A program made the translations under genes and the position numbers. The notes beneath the pieces were generated by a model. It searched no databases. It saw nothing but the letters and a program-made list of their open reading frames with translations, and was not told the origin of the DNA. Positions 41,401 through 53,400 of a stretch of 64,000 nucleotides of DNA are shown here, one piece after another; positions within the stretch are counted from its first letter, which is position 1, and each line of letters begins with the position of its first letter. The DNA is from Hypanus sabinus (lineage: Eukaryota), in NCBI RefSeq assembly GCF_030144855.1, contig NC_082718.1, positions 31,248,001 to 31,312,000 of the forward strand, in the 5' to 3' direction.

Positions 41401-44400
41401 GGGCGGCGCCTTGGAAGTCCATAGCGGGGGTAATCCCTTATGCCGCCGGCGTGGGATGGCAAGTCTGTCGGGACCCTGGGGACTTGTGGAAACTGTGGTG
41501 ATTTCTTTTGAACTTACACTCCTTTAACATCTTGGACTATTTTTACTGTGCCCATAGTCTGTTTTTTTTTTATCAATTATGCTATTGTTTGCACTGTTGT
41601 AACTATATGTTGTAATTATGTGGTTTTGTGCAGGTCTTGTAACTTTAGTTTTTGGTCTTGTTTTTGTCTGGTGGATTTGGAGCTCCTTTCCAGGGAACAC
41701 GCTAGACAGTAGCGCAATATTAATACACAGCAGCCTCTCCGGACTCTGGATTGGGGATTGTCAAACGTTACGTGGATTTTCTGGTGTAGTCTGTTTTGTC
41801 ATATGCTTTTGTGATATCATTCTGGGGGAACGTTGACTCATTTTTTAAACTGCATTGCATTTGTGGTTTCGAAATGACAATAAACTGAATCTGAAGAAAG
41901 GCTGTGCTTACATTGGAGAGGGTTCAGAGGAGGTTCATGAGAATGCTTCTGGGAATGAAGGGGTTACCATATTAGGACCAATTGATGGCTTTGGGCTTTT
42001 ACTCATGGGAATTCAGAAGAATGGGGGGGGGGGGGGGGGAATCTCATTGAAACCTATCAAATGTTGTAAGGCCTCAATAGAGTCGATGTGGAGAGAAGGT
42101 TTCCTTTGGTAGGGAAGTCTAGGACCAGAGGACACAGCCTCAGAATAGAGGTAATTTAGAATGGAGATGAGGAGGGATCTCTTAAGCCAGAGAGTGATGA
42201 ATCTATGGAATTCATTGCCAATGGTGGCTGTGGAGGGAAAATCTTTATGTATATTTAGGCCAGAGGTTGATAAATTCTTGATTAGTCAAGGCATGAAGGG
42301 ATACGGGGAGAAGGCAGGAGATTGGGACTGACAAAAAAAAATGGATTAGCCATGATGAAATGGCGGAGCAGACTCAATGGGCCAAATGGCCTAATTCTGC
42401 TTCTGTATTTCATCCCGTTCACCTGAAACATTACCTCTGTTCACCTCTCCACAGAATGAATATTTCAAATATTTTCTGCTTTCATTTCAAATTACTATCA
42501 TTTGTAGTTTTTCTGATTTTCATCAAAATTCATCCTTCTCCCTTCTTAAGGTGTGCTGATATGGTTGATGTGAGCAGGGGGGAGGGTTGGTGGGTTTGCT
42601 GCCGCTTGTGTATGGGAGGGGGGAGGGGGGTTTGGGGTTCTAATGTTTTCCATCATTCATTCTTTGGCTGTTTCAATAATGTCTGCGAAGAGCAAGAATT
42701 TCAGGATGTATACTATATACATTCTCTGATATTAAGTTGAACCACTGAATGTACAATGGATTATCTCCTTCCAAAGACTGAGACCTAATGTAATGACCAA
42801 AAACATAATACATTTCCATTAGATCTCAAACCAATCTAAGAATATCCTACAGTGCTATGAGAGGGAAGTCTCATCAAGAGTATGCAAGCAAAGAAAACCC
42901 CCACCACTTCTATGCCATCTTTATATCTACCCTAACCCAATTTGTCTGCATTAGGGACATATCATTCTACGCCTTACCTTACTAAATACCTGTTTAAATC
43001 CTTTTAATTATGTTAAGTGTATCTCTAAACAGTCAATACTGCAAGCTGAGACCTGTACTGAGGAAAGGCCTGGGCCCAAAATGTCAACCTCTTATTCTCC
43101 CTCATAAACACGGATTTTATTTATTTAGAGATACAGTGCAGAACAGACCCTTCCGGCTGAAATGAGACACACAACCCACCGATTTTACTCGCAGAACAAT
43201 CGACAATGGCCAGATTACCAACTAACCGATTCATCTTTTGGACTGTGGGAAGAAACCAGAGCACCCAAGCTGCACTAACTGCTACATTATTGATGCTGTG
43301 TTTCATAGAAAGCCAAGCACAACTTATAGTGAGAAATCCCTCAAAGGCACAGCATCTCTCTGCCATCTTACAATTTTAACTAAGCATTCAAATCCTTGGT
43401 ATTACTGTTTATGAGGATTTTTTTTGATAAAGCAGGTACTTCTGTAATGGACTTGGACATTCACATTATTGAACTTTTCATCATTCTTGCTAAGAAGAAT
43501 TTGAGAATCAAAGACAACTGCAATATCAGGATGCTTTTTTTAAAATTTAAAAACATGCTTTAAAACTAAAATAGATCATGAACAGCTTTCTGCCCCCTAC
43601 CATCAGGCAGTAGGTACCAAAGCGCTAGAGCAAGAACTGTTAGGATGGAAAACAGCTACCCCCTCCCCCAGGCTGTGAAATGACTGAACTCCTTGCACCA
43701 CTCAGGTCTCATCAAATATGAAGCGCCAGTAGCATTATTCTGATTACTTTTCAAACTTGTGTCATGAGTACACTTTATTATTTGTTAATTTACTTGTGGT
43801 AATATTTCTTTATGTGTTGTGTGCGAGTTATACGTACTGTGATGTGCATCTTGGTCCGGAGGAATGTTGTTTCACTTAGCTGTATACATGTTTATGGATG
43901 AACGTCAATAAGCTTGAACTGGAATTTCTACATGTACTTACCGAACACTTGCTTTCAGCCAGATGCTTCTGAACTTGAGGATCGTCAAAACTAACAAAAA
44001 TTTTGAAAATATCTTAGAAAAGGGAGGTACATCTTAATAATGAAATATAAAATTAATAAATATTTCTACTCTTTAAAACAATCTGATATTATAGGGTCTT
44101 TATTACAACATGTGAAAGATATTTACTGGACCAAGATATAGATTACTAGATTTCAGTAAGGCTGTGCTTACATAGATGGGCCAAGTCTTAGCAGAGCTAA
44201 AAAATTAGAACATACCCCTGTTCAGATATAGACTCTCTCAGTATAACACCTTCCAGTAGGACATGCTATTGTCCTGTCAAATGAATAATCAATGATCAAC
44301 TTTATTCACCATTTACATGTATTAGGAATTTGCCGTGGTCTGTTGATCAGGATGCAACATGCAACAAAATACAAGTATAAAGAATAAAGAATTATACAAA

Positions 44401-47400
44401 AAATAAAATTAGAGGTTAAAGTACAGATATGGAAAAAAATGTGCATCAATACATAAACAGCAACATGTACTTATATTAGAAGCAGCATTATAAAAAGTGG
44501 TTTAAAGTGTTTACAGTGCAGTGACTGAGGTAATAGAGACGGGTGGGTGGGCTAACTAAAATGGTTGATCAGATTTACTGTCTGGCAGAAGAAACTTTTA
44601 AGAAGGCATGAAGCTTTTGTTTTAATAGCACTATAGTGCTTTCCAAAAGGGAGCTTTTAGAAAAGGCAGTTTGCAGGGTTGATAGTGTCCAAAATGATTT
44701 TTGAAAAAAGTGTTGCTAACACTTCCTTCCTGCACCACATTCTCAGCCACATATTCAGCATTAAAGCTTCGTTATGTTTTAAAAATGTCATCATCAGACC
44801 TGTGCCAGGTCTGCTCCTTTTAATTATCCTGCAGACTATTTGATGAGGACCAGATAGGACTGGGCTGGACTGAATAGATTCCTGGCTATATCACCCAGGC
44901 ACACAGAAATATACTAACTACTTTAACTTGGAATGTGTGCCAGTTGTAAAATAGCCAACAACGTGATAACTTCAGAAAACAAAGTCTCCACTTCAGAACA
45001 AATAAGAAAGAATTATTTTTGGAAAAAATAGGGTCTTGTATAGCTCAACTATTTAATTAAATTTCCGTTTCAGATATCTAGGAATTAAGTTAAATTCTCT
45101 CTTTAGAACTGGAGGTAGTTCTTATCAGGGTAGACTGCACCCGAAATGGGCAGCACACAATGTCTGACTGAAATAATGATATTATACTTTCTTACATAAA
45201 CATGCACCTCACACTTTATGTCAACCTATCAATATTCAGACCATGCCACTCAGGGACGTGCTAATATTATTTTGTGACTGTATGTGCTGGATCGTAACTA
45301 TATGTGGACCAAAGTCCTTTATTCCCCTTCCATCCATGTACTTTATCCAAACTTCTCTTAAATGTTGCAATCAAACCTGCATTCAGCACTAACCCTAATT
45401 CAAAAAAATTCCCAAACATTATCTTTATATTCAATACAATGCAACCAGTAAAAAAGTAATCCAAGACCTAGTGTATAATCCTCACAGTGCATAAGCATGT
45501 AACATTATCATACATTCCAGAACTTCTTAGTGCGAGTTATGTGACAAACATTTCACCAGCAATTGCTACTTCAAAGCTATCAGTACTCACCATCTGCCAA
45601 GAATCTGTTTGACTTTCACAACAGTGTTTGTAGCATTTCTGATTCTGCCTTGCTTCGCAGCCAAGCCAACAACCTAACAGATAAACAAAATATTGGGACT
45701 TGCGAAGTTCAAAGTGCAGAATGTCAAAGTAGTAAAATAGTTGGGAATACCTTCTCATTTTCTCTGTAAGCAACAATTGCTGGAGTCACACGGTCACCTG
45801 AATCGTTTGCTACAACGTCAGCCCGACCATCCTGGATAGAAATAAATGCAACTTTTACATCACAGAGAAAATCTTGCACTGTTCTTTAAGCACATACTTC
45901 TACCTGTTGAACTGTTCAAAGAAATACAAATAGATAATTTAATAGTTTATCAACCCACCTTCAAAACTTTTAACATTCCTACAGTTGCCTGACTGGTTGT
46001 GTCTTGCAAAATTTCAACTATTTTATGAGGGACATTTTAAAATCACCCCACTGATGAATATTGAAATTACACAGTAGTCATAGAACATTTCAGCACACAA
46101 ATAGGTCCTTCAGCTCATCTTGTCAGTGTGAAATTAATCTGCATAGTCCCCCACCACAGCTCTCCTACCCAAGTAGCTATCCAAATTTATCTTAAATGTT
46201 GACATTGGACTTGTGTCCACCACCACTTCCGCTGGCAGCCTTTCACCACCCTCTGAGTGAAGGGGATCCCCTTCATTTTCCGCTTTGAAAGGTACAAATT
46301 TCTATTTCACATTTCCAGCAGCTTTAGTTTTTTTTTAACCCTTCTATCTTCATTACCCTTTTCAACTGTTAAAGGTGCTAAGTAAATGCTGGTATAGACA
46401 TGATGGTCAGCAGAGATGATGAATCTAAAAACACACAAAATGCTGGAGGAACTCAGCAGGTCAGGGAGTATCCATGAAGGGGAATAAACAGTTGATGCTT
46501 CAAGCAGAGACTCTTCATCAGGACCATATTTCCCTCCGCGGATGCTGCCTGATTTGCTGAATTCCTTCAGCATTGTGTATGTGTTGCTCAAGATTTCCAG
46601 CATCTGCAGAATCTCCTGTTTGTGGTGGATCTAATGCCCTGATGCCGTGTTGCATGGTTCTGAAACATCAGGTCACAGTTCAATATACCAGTTCCATTAA
46701 CAATAAGACCACAATCTTGTTGTGGTCTGGAGGCTTATGCGCCTCAATGACCCAGAGAGCTATGTTGGCTGGAATTAAGGCTTTATGCTTTGGCTCTTGG
46801 TAGAGTCACCCACAACAAACAGGTCAAAAGATCGAGGCCAGAGTAAGAGTGGTCCACTGGTCCTCCAGGTTTGAGGATTCAGCTCAGGGCTAACAACCCT
46901 GACTGGTCAAACAAAACTGTTACAGAAATAGCAATGAATAAAACATCAACATCTGAGTGTGATGGTATTCTTAAGTCACCAGCCAGGACTTTCATGACTG
47001 ACAGTAGTGAAAACTGAGAGGAAGCTGCAGACACGATGAAGACCACCACCAGTAATGGAGCACCTTCATTGCTGCCCTAAACACCAGCTGTATAACGGGC
47101 AGCAACTATTAACAATAATGTTAGTTGTTCACGACACTGGGAAATCATCTTAGCAGTGCTGAACAACTTTGCGCACAGCTGCAGGCTTTACATGAGCAGA
47201 CAGAGATAGCATATTGATTAATTAACTAAACTGCTGATGTGTCACACTAACACCTTTTAAACACTGTAGATGACTCTCTTGATAAGAGAAAAATCTTCAC
47301 TCATAACTCGAAACACTCAAAATTCAGGATATCAAGAAGATTTAGGAGCCCATGATTCTTGGAAACGTGAAAATATTTTTATTTTATTTTGAGGTACAGC

Positions 47401-50400
47401 CCTGTATAACAGGCTTGACCAACTAACTTGCTAACCCCGTACATCTTTGGAATGTGGGAGGAAACCCGAGCTTTCATGGGGAGAATGTACAAACTCCTTA
47501 CAGGAAGCAGCAGAATTGACCTGGACCGCTGATGCTGTAATAGTGTTATGCTAACCAGTACACAAATGCTTCTACCATGAAAGGCCAGCATGGAGAGTTT
47601 GGGCTGAAGGGCTTTATGGGCAACATGGCAGTGTGGTGGTTAGCATGACGCTATCACTGTTTGGGGCATTCTGGAGTTTGGAGTTCAATTTCACTGTAGG
47701 GAGCTTATAATCCTCCACAAATGTCTCGATGTATGTTGGTGATATTAAACCTGATTCCAATTCCTCCGGGTGCTCCAGTTTTCTTCCATATCCCAAAGAT
47801 GTACTGGTTAGTAGGTTAATTGGTTATTGTAAATTGTCCGGTGATTATGATAGGATTAAATAGATGGGTTGCTGGGCAGCATGGCTCTTTGGGCCAAAAT
47901 AATCCGTTCCACGCTGTATAATAAAGAAATGTTTTCCACACTAAAAGTCTCTAATCAGACATGGGGTCAGGGGTAGGCCACTAAGCCCTCTCGAGTCTTC
48001 TCCTGCATTGAACTGCAACAAGAATTGAGGTCAGTATATCAGCCACAGGATTATTGGCCAGTAAGACAGGGTAGTAAGATACTACAGTCTACTCCTGCTC
48101 CTTGTGAACTTTTGTTCTTATTTTCACAACCAAATTATTAATCAACACGAGAGATTATGCAGATAACATCCACACAAAATAATGGCAGAACTCAGCAGGC
48201 CAGGCAGCATCAATGGAAAAGAGTGAACTGATGACGTTTCGGGCCAAGACCCTTCATCAGGAAAATCTTACTTCAATCGGTGAGAAATGGAGTCAGTCAT
48301 GGGCTCATGTCCATCTCCAGGCTTTTTGCAGAGCGCACACTCAGCTACAAACCTCACCAAACTCCCTTGGAGACAGAAAAGCTCCAGTTTGTTCATTTAG
48401 ACCCCAAAACACACCATCAGAATGTAAATCACAGGTTCCAATTGCACATGTTTAGTAACAGAATCATATTTGAAAGTACAGTCGGCCCTCCTTATCCACG
48501 GGGGATCGGTTCCAAGAATCCCCAGCGGATACCAAAAACGCAGATGCTCAAGTCCTTTAGTTAACCGGTCTCAATGAGGTGGTCTTTAGGACCCAGCGGA
48601 ACCCCAGACTTTAGTTAACATGTCTCAGTGCGGTGGACATTAGAACCTGGCGAGCTCTGAATCCACAGTGTTTCTGTTCACGAAAATAATCACGATCACG
48701 ATTGAAAATAAGGTGGAAATAATAAAGTGATCGGAAAGAAGTGAAACGCTATCTGTCATTGGAAAAGCATTAGGCTACAGTCGGTCAATGATCGGAACAA
48801 TTTTAATGGAGCATTTGAAAGGCCCTGCCCCAATGAAAGCTACAATTACTACTAAGCAATGCAGTGGTTTAATTATTGAAATATGTATGTTTCTTAAGCG
48901 GTTTATATGCATAGAAAGGTAAAATATGTACTATATACTAAGAAAAATGTTTGACTGACACTAAATTATACCAAATGTACCTGTTCCAACTTCAAATCCG
49001 ACTTAAAGATGGACTCAGGAATGGAACTCATTCATAATCCGGGGACTGCCTGTACTTTTAAGTCATTTCTAGATCACTGATAATACCTAATACAATGTAA
49101 ATGCTATGTAAATAGTTGTTATACTGTATTGTTTAAGGAATAATGACAAGAAAAAATAGTCTGTACATGCTCAAACAGTGAGTGCTGGAGAGAGAACTTC
49201 CAGGTTTTCCTGATCCGCAGTCGGATGAATCCGCGGATAAGGAGGGCCAACTGTAGTAGTTTGTCACCAAAGCATAAAAGGAAAACATTGACTAAACTTT
49301 TCATCAGCTAGACCACTAATACAAATTTTTTTAAAAACCCTCCAGATTAAAGTGATGGTGTGGCGACCCACTTTCTGCGCAGGCGAACCAGCTCACAAAA
49401 AGCCAACGCACGGGGAGAGACTTTGGTAATGCATCTTTGACGTCATTTCCGCCCGGAGAGGGTGGGCACTAGGGATTAAATGCCAGCACTGCGAAGTTTG
49501 AATAAACTAGCCTCCAAACAGCTTACCAACTGCGTGTCATCTCTAGCTCTGTATGTAGCACATCGCTACATTGGTGACCCCGACGGTCCAAATGGGATTT
49601 GGACCAAAGATGACCGACTTTTCACCAGTTTACCCAGTTTCACTAAAACTGCCGACTTTCTGGACGCTGCGACCACTCGTGCGGTTTAGACAAGCAGAAG
49701 CCCAGTTCCAGATTTGGCAGATATCCTCTGATTCCACGCGTTACTACCACGTGGTGAGTGCCCTTGACCAGGAGACGGCTGCCCAGGTTGCGGATTTCAT
49801 TCAGTCGCCCCCGGAAGAAGGCAAATATGAAGCATTCAAAGCGCTGCTCATTGGGACCTTTGGCCTCTCGCGGCGTGAGCCGGGTGCCCGCCTGCTTCAC
49901 CTGGACGGTTTGGGAGACAGATTGCCATCAGCATTGATGAACGAGATGCTGGCCCTGGCTGACGGACACAAGCCCTGCCTCATGTTCGAGCAAGCGTTCC
50001 TAGAGCAACTGTCTGAGGACATACATCTGCTGCTGGCTGACGCAGATTTCAGCGACCCCTGGAAGGTGGCAGACCGGGCAGGCGTGCTGTGGAAAGCCAA
50101 GAGGGAGAGAGTGGCATCCGTCAGTCAGATTACCAGGCCACGCGCCCAACAGCAGACCAGACCAGGCCCGGCAGGGGGGCACACACAACACAGAGGCAGG
50201 AGTGAGGAGGACAGTGAACAGTGGTGTTTCTACCACCAGCGGTGGGGCACAGAAGCCTGCTGTTGTCGCCCGCCCTACAAGGGCCAGGGCCAGCTGCTGC
50301 TAATGACTATGGCCGCTGGCCACCAGGACAGCCTCTTGTACGTCTGGGACAAACAGTCGGGACATTGCTTCTTGGTCGACACTGGAGTGAAAATCAGTGT

Positions 50401-53400
50401 CTTGCCCCCGACAGGGTACGACACCCGCAACAGGAAGCCAGAACCCACCCTGACGGCTGCAAACAGCAGCACGATATGGACCTACAGCACCCGCACAGTG
50501 CAGCTGCAGTTCAGCGCCAGCCAGTTCACGTGGGACTTCACACAGGCCACGGTGGCCCAACCACTCCTGGGGGCGGACTTCTTGCGAGCCCACAGCCTAC
50601 TGGTTGACTTGCAAGGGAAAAGACTGGTACATGCCGAGACTTTCCAGACATTCTCCCTGGGTGAAGCCAAGTTGCCGGCCCCACACCTGGACTCCCATCA
50701 CGCTGTCGGACAACGAATTCACCAGAATCCTGGCGGACTTTCCATCGATTCTGGCACCGCAGTTCACGGCAGCCATGCCCAGACACGGGGTACAGCACCA
50801 CATCCCGACCCAGGGACCACTCCTCCACGCCTGCGCACGAAGGCTCCCCCCTGGAAAAGCTCCACCTGGCAAAGGAGGAGTTCAAAAGAATGGAGGAATT
50901 GGGGATCGTACAGAGGTCCGACAGCCCATGGGCCTCCCCCCCGCACATGGTGCCCAAAGCAGCCAGGGGTTGGAGACCATGCGGCAACTACCGCAGATTG
51001 AACGAGGCTACAACTCCAGACCGCTACCCCGTGCCGCACATACAGGACTTTGCAGCAAACCTGCACGGGGCAAGAATCTTTCCCAAAGTAGACCTCGTCC
51101 GGGGATACCATCAAATCCCGGTGCACCCTTAAGACATCCCCAAAACGGCACTCATCACCCCGTTCAGCCTGTTCGAGTTCCTCCGAATACTGTTTGGCCT
51201 GAAGAATGCTGCACAGACGTTCCAGCGGCTAATGGATGCGGTGGGACGCGACCTGGACTTTGCGTTCATATATTTGGACGACATCCTTATAGCCAGCAGT
51301 AGTCGTCAGGAGCATCTGTCCCACCTCCGCCAGCTCTACTCCCACCTGAGTGATTTCGGCCTCAATATCAACCCGGCCAAATGCCAGTTTGGTCTCGATA
51401 CCATCAACTTCCTGGGCCACAGGATTACCGAAGACAGGCCAACACCTCTGCCCGCCAAGGTAGACGCGATCCGCCACTTTGCCCGGCCCAACACGGTCAA
51501 AGGCCTGCAGGAGTTCGTTGGTATGGTGAAATTCTACCACCGTTTCCCCCCCTCAGCAGCCCGTATCATGCGCCCTTTGTACACCCTGATGTCGGGTAAA
51601 GGCAAGGATATTACTTGGGACGAGGAGGCCGCGGCCGCTTTCGTTAAAGCCAAGGAAGCCTTGGCAGACGCTGTGATGCTGGTGCACCCCAGAACTGATG
51701 TTCCAACCACCCTCACGGTGGACACATTCAACGCAGCAGTCAGTGGGGTGCTAGAGCAGCTCATTGAGGGGCGCTGGCAACCCCTAGCGTTCTTCAGCAA
51801 GCACCTACGACCGCCTGAACTCAAGTACAGTGCTTTTGACTGGGAGCTGTTGGCACTGTATCTGGCAATCCGGCATTTCAGGTACTGCTTAGAAGGCAGG
51901 CTGTTCACCACGTTCACGGACCACAAACTGTTGACCTTCGTGTTCACGAAGGTGTCCGATCCCTGGTCAACTCGCCAGCAGCGACATCTGTCCTACATCT
52001 CCAAGTACACGACGGACATCCAGCATGTCTCGGGAAAGGACAACGTCATGGCGGAAGCACTCTCCAGACCAGCTATCCAGGCCCTGTCCCTGGGGGTGGA
52101 CTATGCAGCACTGGCGGAGGCACAGCAGGCAGACGACAAGATGCCCAGCTACAGGACCACAGTCTTGGGTTTGCAGCTGCAGGACATTCTCCTAGGCCCA
52201 GGTGAGAGGACTCACCTGTGCGATGTGGCTACCGGCCAACCTCGCCCCATCTTCCCGGCAGCCTGGAGGCGGCGAGTTTTCGACTCCATACACAGTTTGG
52301 CGCACCCATCTATCAGGACCACCGTCTGGCTGGTCTCCAGCAAGTTCGCCTGGCACAGACTTTGCAAGCAGGTCAGTGAATGGGCCAGAACGTGCGCGCA
52401 AGTGCCAAACAGCCAAGGTGCAGCGGCACACTAAAGCCCCGCCGCAGCAGTTTGAACCCACCGACCGGAGGTTCGACCACATTCATGTGGATGTTGTGGG
52501 CCCCATACCAGTGTCCTGAGGAGCGCGGTACCTCCTAACTATGGTAGACCGGTTCACGAAGTGGCCAGAGGCGGTCCCGCTCACCGACACATCTACCGAT
52601 TCCTGTGCCCGAGCACTGATTGCAACCTGAGTAGCACGTTTCGGGGTACCAGCCCACATTATCTCCGACAGAGGTGCCCAGTTCACCTCCAGCCTGTTGG
52701 GAACGCAGCTACACCACACTACTGCCTACCACCCACAGTCGAACGGACTAGTGGAGCGTTTCCACAGTCACTTGAAGTCGGCTCTCATGGCCCGCCTGAG
52801 AGGACCTAACTGGGTGGACGAGCTTCTCTGGGTCCTGCTTGGAATTCACACAGCGCCCAAAGAGGATCTGCGCACCTCGTCAGCCGAGTTGGTGTACAGC
52901 CTACCCCTGGCCGTCCCAGGTGAGTTCATACCAGCCCCAAGGGGGCACGAGGAAGAACCCGCAGCAGTCCTGGACAGACTATGCAAAAGGCTCGGCAACC
53001 TGGCCCCCATACCAACTTCACAGCACGGACGGACCCCGACCCATGTACCCAAAGACCTGCAGAACTGTAAGTTTGTGTTTGTATGAAGGGGCGAACACCA
53101 GGCACCGTTACAGCGGCCGTACGAGGGGCCGTTCAAGGTGATCAACAACAATGGGTCCACATACGTTCTGGACATTGGGGGGAAAGAGGTTTTCACGGTG
53201 GACCGACTCAAACCAGCCCATGTGGACTTAGCGCAGCTGGTCGAGGTTCAGGCACCGCGGCGCAAAGGCAGACCTCCCAAACAGAGGCTGATCCAGACTG
53301 TGGACATTGGGGGGGTGTATCACCGGTTCTGGGGGGGGGGTTATGTGGCGACCCACTTTCTTGCCAGGCGAACCGGCTCATGAATAGCCAGCGCGCGGGG

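Noticed and set aside
43991-45590. Nested Myb/SANT gene (MSANTD7 overlaps 5' HSPA14 in human, from memory)
   Set aside because: No long ORF or Myb/SANT-like peptide in this or neighbouring introns
49571-52434. Domesticated or intact gag-pol gene (476-aa and 400-aa ORFs)
   Set aside because: Frameshifts, in-frame stops, substitutions in conserved motifs and flanking LTRs indicate a decaying retrotransposon
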